A stretch of DNA of 63,603 nucleotides, the filler included, from Welwitschia mirabilis (taxonomy: Eukaryota), in NCBI GenBank assembly GCA_051453625.1. It is 7 parts of one record of this genome, joined end to end, with 100 filler letters (N's around TTAATTAATTAA, not from the genome) between each part and the next. Parts side by side here need not be neighbours in the genome. Positions count along the whole stretch, not along the records: positions 49,580 to 57,321 come from JBOZIK010000001.1; positions 57,422 to 62,453 come from JBOZIK010000001.1; positions 62,554 to 63,603 come from JBOZIK010000001.1; 4 more parts are not named here. One strand, written 5' to 3'. The notes below the pieces were generated by a model that was not told where the DNA came from, made no database searches, and saw nothing but the letters and a program-made list of their open reading frames with translations. Below, piece by piece: positions 52,866-63,603 of the stretch. The position numbers were made by a program, and so were the translations under genes. Each line of letters starts with the position of its first letter. Positions within the stretch are counted from its first letter, which is position 1.

Positions 52866-54067
52866 ATTCTATCGAAGGCTAATAGTATAAGAATAATAAA
52901 GTTGATTTTGAGATAGAAATATGTAATCCTAATCTACTGAAATAAATTTCAATGCATGAAATTGAAATAAACTTGTGTAATATTAATCTAAAAAAAGAAA
53001 TAACAATGAACCTAAACTAATTAAGCTCAACCTTAACAAAGGATGCCTCATAATTTATATAATAGAAGAAACTTATCACTAAATCTTAAACAACATAAAC
53101 TATGAGGGAGAAGTTCTTGCATATGTTAAACAAAAAGGATTATTTATATTAAAAAGCATAAAAGCATCTGTATTACAAATTAGTCATTCCTCAATAAAGG
53201 AAATGCCACTCAACACCAAGGTAACATCTCTATGGATTACAAGATAGTTCTCTGGTCCTAAGATCTTCTATTATGAGTATGTTAGGTACTGTTAAAGTTG
53301 ATTAGGAATCGAGGGAAATATTCTTATTTATAAATAAAAAAGAAAAGGGAACTGATAGAAAAGCATAAAGAAAACTCTAGCTAACATGCAAAGTAAAGTC
53401 ACAATAAAGTAGCGACAACTTGGGAAAACATTCAGTAAAAGTGTGAGAGAATAGTGTCATCTTTTTGGTCATCCAAACAATGAAGGAGATGATGAAGATT
53501 GATAATCAGATATTTGTTTACTTCATTTTAACTACCTGTCTGACTGCATGTGAACTTGTTATCGCCCTATTAGAGATGTTATCTGCTATTGACGTCTGGA
53601 CGATGAGGTGGATGATAGGCTTTTGTCAATCTTCAATTAATTTAATCACTTGTTTTTTATGGATATTTTTATCCAAAAATATCATTTATCCATATCTATA
53701 CAAAATGCTTATAATTTATCTAGAAATTGCATGTTTTCTTTCTCTTCATTTCAGTTCTTTATTATCATAAGTACTAGGAATTTATTTATTAATTTACCTA
53801 CAAAATAACTCATAATACCTTATCAAATACATATAAGGTGGTGGTATAACATAGATTATAGTGCGTAAGTACAGTCAGTGGACCTGATTTATTTCTCAAA
53901 TTTTCCCTATTTCCTATAGTCTATAAAAGAGATAGAACCCTAACTTGATTTCATTATGTTCTAACCCTTTCTATCTTTCAAATCTATTATTTTTTTTCTT
54001 AAGATCTAGAGTTCTTGCTTTTGGATCTAGTGTTTTTCTCAGTTCTTTTTCTTTCAAGTGTCTTAGA

Positions 54068-55000
54068 ATGGCTGTAAGCTCTTCCAAGAGAGGTGCAAAA
54101 GTGGCTTCTTTAAGGGAATCATCCTACTTCTATTAAGGAATATTTGAAGAAGATATTAACAAGGTCTCTAACAAGTTTGAGAAAAAGCTATGTGCCAGGA
54201 GTTATCTATAGCTATAACAGAGCTCAAGGAACTCAGGGAAGTCATCCAACTCTTAAGAGATTAAGATCTTGACTATTTCTTGAATGTCTCAAGTCCTACT
54301 TATCTATTTGTTACTAGGATGTTTAATTGCAATGCTTCTTTTGACCATGATTCTAGGACACTTAAAACCCTTATTTTGGGTAAGAGGATAAGAGTGTCAG
54401 CAAATCTTATCTCTCAACTGACTAATCTTCCAAGGGGAGATTATGAGAAGTTTTGGCCTCTTAGAGACACCATGGAACATAAGCTAACAATTATCTCAGA
54501 GTTTTGTGACAAGGTACACTCTTGAAAACACACTTTATCTACTTCTTTATTGACTCCTAAATATCATTTCCTTCATTTGATTTTTACTTATAATTTTCTT
54601 CCTTTAGCTAGCCATCGTGATAAGGCCTCCAACTATATAGCATATTTAATGTATTTAGTAGGAACTGAGCATTCCTTTGATACTCCTATCATAATACTAA
54701 AGAATATGGCTTTGTAGTTAGAGTACCACAGAACTAAGGATCTACCCTATTCTATGCTTATCACTTAAATTTATTGCCATTATCATGTTAATCTCCATCC
54801 TAAGTTGAAAACTTTTTAGCCTATGTTATCCATTGAGCATGCTACTTTATCTCACATGCATATCTTTGCCCCCTCTAAGAATTTCCCTTTTGAAACTCTA
54901 AAGGAAGCATTTCTAGATGAGACTCTTTCATATCTATAAAGGATTGACTCTTGTACTAGACACATGAAAGAAGCCCTTATTGTAGCTGGATATAACATTA
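54068..55000 (+). pseudogene. SIRE extra (env-like) ORF, more distant copy 3
   Basis: MAVSSSKRG...; colinear with copies 1 and 2, including the upstream TATAAAA at 53922-53928. Confidence 0.7.
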
Positions 55001-56099
55001 NNNNNNNNNNNNNNNNNNNNNNNNNNNNNNNNNNNNNNNNNNNNNNNNNNNNNNNNNNNNNNNNNNNNNNNNNNNNNNNNNNNNNNNNNNNNNNNNNNNN
55101 TTAGTAACTAGTTCAAAAGGAGGATCTATAATAATGATTTCTTATAATCAAAAAAATTATATCAGAAATACTAAAAATATGTGTGTTCTGCACCCTACTT
55201 AAAATATGCAATGCATCTTGGATTGCCTAAAGTAACGAAAAGGAAAAATACTAAGGAAAAAGAGAAATGATTGGAAAACAGTAGACATGAAAACAGAAGA
55301 AAAGTAGAGGGAAAATGGACATAAGAAACAAGGAGAAGATTGTTTATCTATCCTAAGTACTAATGTAGCAACTCCAAAGGAAAACATTATAACATCACCG
55401 AAGTAAATATGCATGACAAAATGTACTAACTTCATAAAATTCATTCGAAAAGGCAGTGGTTATGGTGATATCCAAAGTATTAAGTATATAGAATAATGAA
55501 AGTCAAAACCAAAGGTTACGAAGAAATGGACTCATCTATTTCTACCTACAAACTCAGTAAAATATCCAAAAGTGAAATGATCAAATGGGAATACTAAAAG
55601 TTTTATTCCTTTTGCCATGATGAGGGGAGTGCAACCACTATCAGAGGAGTAAGAACCCATGAAGCATGGCCAACTAANNNNNNNNNNNNNNNNNNNNNNN
55701 NNNNNNNNNNNNNNNNNNNNNNNNNNNNNNNNNNNNNNNNNNNNNNNNNNNNNNNNNNNNNNNNNNNNNNNNNNNNNNNNNNNNNNNNNNNNNNNNNNNN
55801 NNNNNNNNNNNNNNNNNNNNNNNNNNNNNNNNNNNNNNNNNNNNNNNNNNNNNNNNNNNNNNNNNNNNNNNNNNNNNNNNNNNNNNNNNNNNNNNNNNNN
55901 NNNNNNNNNNNNNNNNNNNNNNNNNNNNNNNNNNNNNNNNNNNNNNNNNNNNNNNNNNNNNNNNNNNNNNNNNNNNNNNNNNNNNNNNNNNNNNNNNNNN
56001 NNNNNNNNNNNNNNNNNNNNNNNNNNCATAGGTCAAGTTAAACGATAAGCAGGTGAGGTCATAATATTTAACTAAGGAGTAGGCTAAGAAATAACTTAA

Positions 56100-57321
56100 G
56101 TAGGAAACAAATGCTTCTACTATGTTCACAATTGCGTCTAAAAATCCTCATGTAATTTCAATCATTTTCTATGTATGTATACCATTTTCCACTTACAAGT
56201 TTTATGATTTTATCTTTTGCAATTTGCTTTAGGGTTGGATGATATTGTGAAAATAAGATTGGTTTTATATCTTCCTCCATTCCTAAATCATTGACTAAAT
56301 CTTTTTCTACTGCATCAAACACTCTTATTAAAAATCCTTTATTTCCAAAATAACATTTTATCAATCTAGTCCTTGTGTCTATGATGCAATGGGCTATTGC
56401 ACAGAAAGCTCTATATAGAAGTAGGGAATACCCACCTTGATTCTTAACTTCTAAAACAACTATATCAATAGGGTAGAAAGCTTACTCTATTTGAATAACC
56501 AAGTCTTTTATCATACCTATAGGTCTNNNNNNNNNNNNNNNNNNNNNNNNNNNNNNNNNNNNNNNNNNNNNNNNNNNNNNNNNNNNNNNNNNNNNNNNNN
56601 NNNNNNNNNNNNNNNNNNNNNNNNNNNNNNNNNNNNNNNNNNNNNNNNNNNNNNNNNNNNNNNNNNNNNNNNNNNNNNNNNNNNNNNNNNNNNNNNNNNN
56701 NNNNNNNNNNNNNNNNNNNNNNNNNNNNNNNNNNNNNNNNNNNNNNNNNNNNNNNNNNNNNNNNNNNNNNNNNNNNNNNNNNNNNNNNNNNNNNNNNNNN
56801 NNNNNNNNNNNNNNNNNNNNNNNNNNNNNNNNNNNNNNNNNNNNNNNNNNNNNNNNNNNNNNNNNNNNNNNNNNNNNNNNNNNNNNNNAATGGTTGTCAA
56901 AGATGAGGTTTGTGTTAAGCCTATTAAGCCATAGGGTAGTAGATTTCTTTTGGAATTAATATTTCTTTTTGTTGCTAAGTGAAGAAGGGAAGGAATGATT
57001 TTTCTAGGATTTCTATGTCTTCTTCTTCATAATTTTTATCATTGTGGGAAGTTGAAGCCTTATGATTGGGGGAGTTATGATAATTCCAATTCTTGTCATC
57101 ATCTTACAGTCTTTTTGTACTTCGTTAGGGTTTGGTAAAGGTTGAGTGGTAAGGGTCCCTTGTGGTTTTTGATTGACAAGCATGGTTTGTTATAAGATGT
57201 TTACAAAATTTTCTATGTTTGTGTTTGTCTTCTCTTGAGTTTTCTCAACTTCTCAATAGAATTTCAAAGAGGATCACTATGGTTTTGGGAGTTGGAAGGG
57301 TTTGCCAAGTTATTTAGATAG
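56100..57321 (-). pseudogene. Athila-like gag C-terminus and aspartic protease remnant
   Basis: QKPQGTLTTQPLPNP near 57130-57175; DLVIQIE*AFYPIDIVVLE...LLLYRAFCAIAHCIID at 56370-56505. Confidence 0.7.
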
Positions 57322-57421
57322 NNNNNNNNNNNNNNNNNNNNNNNNNNNNNNNNNNNNNNNNNNNNTTAATTAATTAANNNNNNNNNNNNNNNNNNNNNNN
57401 NNNNNNNNNNNNNNNNNNNNN

Positions 57422-59314
57422 CACAGACTTAGATTTTGTGACTAAAATCATCAGTAAACATGAAAACATTTTGCAAACCAAGAAGAAAGCTTTCAAGATG
57501 TCCATTTCTTTTGAAATTTACTCTATGCAGCTTTCCACCTTCACAATCCTTATAGAAATCAAAATTAGTAGAAATGCCTAAAGGAAACAGAGATTCAGAT
57601 TGAAATAGCTTTAGTTTGGTTTGTCCAATATGTCCAAAATGTCTATGTCATAGGTTGGAACTTTCTATGATAACAGCAGTCTTTCCCTATTTTTATCCAC
57701 CAATAGCATGTGAAATATACATGAAACCCTCTTTGGTCTCTTTCAGAGTCATCATAGCACCCTTACTGATCTTCCATTTACCAATACTAAATGAACGCTT
57801 GCAATCCAACTCATCAAACTGGCCAAGAATTAGCAAGTTTTAGTAATTTCTAGAACATGTCTAGCTTTCCTATCTCTTATTTGTTGCCCATCCTATTGTT
57901 TCAACACAACAACGCCAACATCTTGAATTTTCTAGCTCCCTATTTTCTACAACACAAACTAGTCCAGATGAACATGCTTCAAGGAATTGGAGCATTTATG
58001 ATGTGGACAAATATGAAAGGAAGCATAGCTAAGCACTTTCCCAACCTCTTCCAAACCTTGAGTCACATTTGTCACTAAATCAAGGCAAATAAATGTCAAA
58101 CTTGCATCTCCACTTGTTTGGTTTGAGCTATCATGTTCTTCTAATTCTTTCCCCATTGCATCCTCCTCCTCTTGCCTCTTAAAGGCATGATAATCCTTTC
58201 CCACATGAACCTTTTTATTATAGAACCAGCACTCCAAGTGCCTACCTCAAGAAGCATCTCTGCTTTTGCTTTGTTCATGTCTTATGCCTTTGTTACAAGA
58301 ATGACCCCTCTTGATAATGAGAGCTTCACCAGTAGAGTCCACCATCTTAGTCTTTTCCACATCCAACAACTTTGAAATAACTATGTCGAGTGATGAAAAA
58401 GTTTTGAAGCAGCCATCAAGCTAGTATGAACAGTCCCCCATGAAACTCACAATGAGCTAAGAACAACCACTTACCTTGAGATCTTCATCAAAATATTATG
58501 CCCAAATTGTTAATTTGAGCAAACAGACTATCCATCTCATCTAGATGACTATTCAAAAGGTCCCTTCCTTCATCTTGATTTTGAAATCCTTATTGACAAT
58601 GTATAATTTTAGCCTGATCATACCTTTCGTTCAACATTTTCAAAGGATATGAGCCTCTGTGATTCCATTGTACACATTTACTATTTGATTTTCGAGGCAA
58701 GGACGAATTTGTCCAAGTGCCTTCCTGTTAAGCTTGTTCCACTCCACATCCAGATACTTCTTTCGACAACTCAAAAGGCCCATCAACTTCATTCTTTGAT
58801 TACAAAATAGTGTCACACTCTTTAGGATACAGAGGATCTTCCGCTAGGGTTTTTCAATTAACCCAGTTCTCTACTTCAGCCAACTTGTTCGTTGTCGACA
58901 AGCATTCCATCTCTACTAGCATTCACAAGCTTCACTCATAAGAAATCGAGATTAGTAACAAACCCTAACATTGGCCCTCTCGTACTGCTATTATGAAACA
59001 AGCAAACAATGTAGCAAGAGAAAAACAAAACATGTAAACAAATAAGATAACGAGGTTTGGGCCCTTTTTATTCTACTCTTTGAAATAGCATAGAACTCTT
59101 TTAGATCCAAGGCGAGAATGCAAATGACTCCAACGACAACCACACACTCACAAGCAACACCAACTCCCCAAAAATAATATTGACCCCACCCCCTTTTTTC
59201 CTTTTAGTCACAACACAAAGCCACTTTTAACATTAAAAGAGGAAACATAAGGTTTGCCTTTATAATAAGTAATAGCTCTTTTACTAGCTAAAATCAAAGA
59301 TGCAACATTCAACA
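57422..59314 (-). mobile_element. Tork/Tnt1-like copia 5' fragment (LTR about 58989-59314, gag, protease, integrase start)
   Basis: EWNKLNRKALGQIR; decayed zinc knuckle ECWFYNKKVHVGKDY; protease SYASFHICPH; FTDDFSHKI; LTR begins TGTTG on the minus strand at 59314. Confidence 0.8.
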
Positions 59315-59319
59315 GCAAT

Positions 59320-61820
59320 ATTTCCCTTGCAACCTTAGACATGTACTACTAAGCAATGACCGCATGGCATCTTTTGAAGTTCTTGCACCTATTGAGCTAA
59401 AATGTGCATTGTTTAACTTATCTTACACATCTTTTACTCTTTTTTCTTTTCTCTTGAAATTTGTTATTTTCAGTGCTACTTTCAATATTAGATATTCTTT
59501 TAACATTATGCGACTTTTAACATTTTAGGCTTATATATCAAGAGATCTTTAACGTTTAGACTCTATTGATATCCTTTCAATGTGACCTTGAAACATTTTA
59601 CATTGATATTCTCTTGTATTGAATGCTTAAGGTAGTTGATGTGCCTGAATCCAATTAAACTTTTTCTAAAGTTTAACAAGTTTTACTGCATCTCAAATTT
59701 TACATGAAAACAATGTCATTAGAAAGTTCAGCCTATCTTGTGAGGATCTTTTACATAATGTGAAAAAACAATGACAAAGAAATCTGTTCAGACCAAAAAG
59801 GAATTAGTTCAGACAAGAAAATATGCATCCAAATTGTGTTGAACATCATAGTGCAAAGTGGTTAAATTACACAGAATAATACATGGAATGCCACCTCTTA
59901 CTGTAAAGCACATTCTTTCTCTCATTTATAATCAGTGTCATAATCAGCGTTGGAATATAACTCTTAAAGTATACTCATTAAGACATTGAAAATTTTCACA
60001 TACAATGGCAGCCAATTGGTATAACATTTGCCAAAATATTTGCATTGATTCATTGTTTTTGATCCCAGAAAAATCAAAGACCCTGGGAAGGTGGTTGAAG
60101 TGAATTAATCCAAATTCAACAAGTATCACCAAACTAAGAGAACTGAAGGTGCTTGGATATTCAGTGGCATAAAGATGAATTTGGGTTAAGTATCTCTGAT
60201 GAGACCCTTGGAGAGAAAGAAACAACCACAATGGCATCATTTACAATCATATTGATGATAGTTCTACCATCTAACTGGAATATTTGTGGCAACATTATTA
60301 TATTCACAAGAAACTTTATTATATTCACAAGATAGTGAATTCTTGATTTAGTTCAGGGGTCCAAAAACAGGGATTCATACTGATACAATTGAAAACCCAG
60401 TGGTAAGCAACACAGGCCTCCAGTCCAGAAGGCCATAGTAGCACAGAACCTCATGAATCCCATTTGCTTGAATACATGTGGAGAAAAGGAATACGCTTAA
60501 AACAGTAAAGGCATATTTCATGTGTTAACTGATAACAAATATGTAAGCCTTTCTGAATGGATGTTCATTCTCTAGGTAATTGCATCCACATTGTGCATCT
60601 CTCCGTTTTATCTTCTATGTTTATACTTCGGAATGAAGAATTACAATGTAACATGTGTAAATTTTACATGCATTTCTTTATAACAATCATACTTGCAATA
60701 ATGTTTCTCTCATTATTTTTCCCTTAAACATTTGGGCTACAAGGACAATATTCCCCTTTCTCTTTAATACAAATATATTGGTATGGTGAACATGGTTTCT
60801 TCACTAGAAAAGCCATCCTGAAAACAGTTGTCAATGTGCATTTTGAGGCACCTAATTCAAGGTGATCACATCTTTACTATTGAACATTTTTTTAAAATTT
60901 CTTTAGAGTTGCTTCAGATAGTTTTCAGTGTTTGCTTGAGCTTGGTTGATGTGAGTGAGCTGGGCCTGAGAGGGAGTAAACATGGGTTCAATAGAGTTTC
61001 CCCTACAGTAACCTGGTGCCTGCAAAGAAGCTGGGAGCTTCTTGAGGACTTAGTGTCTAATCCAGTTGTAACAACAATTCCTGTAAGTCACAGGGGTATT
61101 GTAAAAGATGTCTTTCAACTCTATTTTTCCTTGTTTTCTACTCCCTTTCTTGTGCCTAAAGCAATTGCTTTGAAATATGTATACCAGAATTGACAGCATA
61201 TTACATGAAGCTGAATTGCAAAGAAAGAAAGAAAAGTTATGAATAAAGGGATGTAGACACTTGAAAACAACCAACCGTATCATATAGTAGGATAACTTTA
61301 CTTTGGAAAATAAAGCAACGCTTGTCAAAATAAACTGTTGGGTGTGCGGTCCCCATGCCCAGCCCGACAAGTGAGTAAATGTAAAGGGTCCCAATTTACC
61401 AAATTCCACTAATAGTCATGGCTTTTGGTGTGATGCTAGAGGGCCCAACAATTGGTATCAGAGCCAAGGTTGTTGGCGGGTCTCGGGTTCGAGTCTCCCC
61501 GATGCCTTGTCAGTTCATGTAAGCACTTGGCATGTGGATCGAGAGGGAGATCATTGGGTGTGCGGTCCCTATGCTCAGCCCGACAAGTGAGTAAATGTAA
61601 AGGGTTCTAGATTCCACTAATAGTCATGGTTTTTGATGTGATGGTAAAGGGCCCAACATAAACCATTAAAACAATCACATATCATTCTACAATATCGACA
61701 GGCATATAAATTAGAAAAGAACATTTCATACTAGAAACTAGGACGCCTATGTCCACTGTTTAGTTTGAACTCATGTTTTGGACAACATTAGATGTGTATG
61801 TTTCAGGTTTGCAATTACAT
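59320..61820. repeat. Long degenerate inverted repeat IR-D, centre about 60420; TRIM in the right arm, left arm cut by the copia LTR
   Basis: Anchors 60415-19/60430-34, 60370-78/60453-61, 60280-87/60535-42, 60227-33/60589-95, 60029-46/60766-83, and 59327-42/61798-814 after removing the TRIM. Confidence 0.8.
61336..61658 (+). mobile_element. Complete TRIM, 323 bp
   Basis: LTRs 61336-61450 and 61552-61658; PBS TGGTATCAGAGCC 61453-61465; PPT GAGAGGGAGA 61541-61550; 5-bp TSD TAAAC on both sides. Confidence 0.95.
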
Positions 61821-61877
61821 ATCAGAATGGTAATTTCATTGTGCCAAAGTCAAAGTTTTATACTCAGTAGAATAAAT

Positions 61878-62397
61878 TGTTGGTTATGCACTTTCATGCC
61901 TAGCACAAGGCCTGGGTTCATATGAGTTCAGTTTCCACTACAATCATGGCTTTTGTTAATGAATTACCTAATAATTAGTATCAGGTATACTAATTTTGGC
62001 TCAGTCTTCACTTACTTCTTTTCTTTCTTCTTCTTTTTCCTCAGTTCTTCTTTTTCCTCTTCTGTTGGAATAACTATTTTCATTCTTTTNNNNNNNNNNN
62101 NNNNNNNNNNNNNNNNNNNNNNNNNNNNNNNNNNNNNNNNNNNNNNNNNNNNNNNNNNNNNNNNNNNNNNNNNNNNNNNNNNNNNNNNNTTTCCTCTTCT
62201 GTTGGAATAACTATTTTCATTCTTTTAGACTTTTTGTCTCCCAAGCTACTGTTCTATTCCCCTTCTGCCTACCTGTTCTATATAAGCAAAGAGGAGATGG
62301 TTGGGAATGCGTAACCATGAGGCCAGTGAATAAGTTTATCTATAGGTTTAGTTTCCACCACAGTCCTGGATTTGGTGTAATGGTTTTGGGCTCAACA
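61878..62397 (+). mobile_element. Older degenerate TRIM of a related family
   Basis: Partial 5' LTR from TGTTGG at 61878; PPT aaagaggagat then 3' LTR 62299-62397 ending ctcaaca; flanks taaat/caaat; LTRs share ttccac.a..(a)tcatggcttttg with the intact TRIM. Confidence 0.6.
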
Positions 62398-62899
62398 CAA
62401 ATGTTGTCTACAAATAAGAGCATCTGAATAACAAACAAACTCCTATCCTTTTGNNNNNNNNNNNNNNNNNNNNNNNNNNNNNNNNNNNNNNNNNNNNTTA
62501 ATTAATTAANNNNNNNNNNNNNNNNNNNNNNNNNNNNNNNNNNNNNNNNNNNNAAAACAACTCAAAATACCCTATCAAATACACTTAAGTTGGCAGCACA
62601 ACACTGACCTTAACCATTTTGTTTATTTTTCTTGTATAATGAAGTGTGTTTTAGAGTGCCTTTTGTTGTTATTTTTTTTAATGTAATCCTATAGATAAGA
62701 CTTTTTTGGACTCTTCTCTTCATCTTTGGTGCATCAAAAATTCTCATGATAGGAGATCGAAGGGTGAATAATCCATCTTGAGAGTTATAAAAAGATTTTT
62801 CCTTAATGAAGGATTGTGCATCCTCCATTGAGGCCCAATTTTTTTGAAACCTAGATGTTTATTTGTTTTCAATATAAAACTCTATTTTTCCTTTGTGCA

Positions 62900-63603
62900 T
62901 ATTAGTTTGGTATATGTTCCTTATGGTTTATGTTTTCTTGATCTAGTGATAATTTCTTGGGTGATACAAGTCTTAATGAGAGCCTTTGTTAAGGTTGAGA
63001 GCAAGTAGTTTAGATTCATTTTTCATTGCATTTAGATTAGGTTGAATTTAAATTTGCATTGCATCTTTATTTTCTGAATTATTATTCAAGTTCTTATTAC
63101 TTTATTATTTTGTAAAAATCAATCCTTATTTTCCTCTCATAAGTATTCAATGCGATACAACATTCGAGTTCACTCCCAACTATACTAGTGTATTGTATTG
63201 TGTAAGATATTTATTTATTTACAAATGACTAGATCTTTTTGAGTATAAACACTTACACAAATATGCATTGACTTGCTGTACTTTAAGTAGGTAAATTGTT
63301 TAGTTTTTCTATTTTTTATAATCCAATTTATATCTTTATGATTTTTAAAAATTTCTTTGAGATGATTTCCTTAAGTACCTTAGACACTTTTTATTATTAA
63401 ATAAGTTAGCTTTCAAACATGAATTACCACCTAGTTTTATCAAGAACTAACAAAGGCTAAGTAGGGGACTATGTTATACTGTCAACTTACACATATTTAA
63501 TAGGGTATTTTGAGTGGTTTTAAAAGATAATAGATAGTAAATGCTTGATTTCCATAATAATGGAGAATAAAATGAAAGATATAAAAACATGCAATCTATA
63601 TGA
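62900..63603 (+). mobile_element. Athila-like 3' UTR, PPT and LTR start
   Basis: gaactaacaaaggctaagtagggga then TGTTATAC near 63472, the same motif class as 3935-3970. Confidence 0.5.

Noticed and set aside
21211-62509. Six TTAATTAATTAA palindromes as a biological repeat
   Set aside because: Always embedded in N spacers; an assembly linker

Overview
AT-rich, CpG-depleted plant nuclear DNA from a gappy draft assembly. It has many N runs and six artificial TTAATTAATTAA scaffold-join linkers. I see no intact host protein-coding gene. Most of the window is nested, decayed transposons: Athila-like Ty3/gypsy, SIRE-like and Tork/Tnt1-like Ty1/copia, a defective hAT element, a hAT MITE and two TRIMs. 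There is one intact-looking tRNA-Thr(CGU) gene. The main signal is that most of the remaining non-TE sequence forms four long, degenerate, small-loop inverted repeats (foldbacks) centred near 10.29, 40.75, 51.72 and 60.42 kb, with arms of about 1-2 kb. Two are split by later TE insertions. Three have a minus-strand GTAAGT at the same relative position. This looks like a cluster of long hairpin-RNA loci, possibly siRNA or reproductive phasiRNA precursors; the function is inferred, not shown. All alignments were done by eye and boundaries are approximate unless a TSD or terminal motif is quoted.
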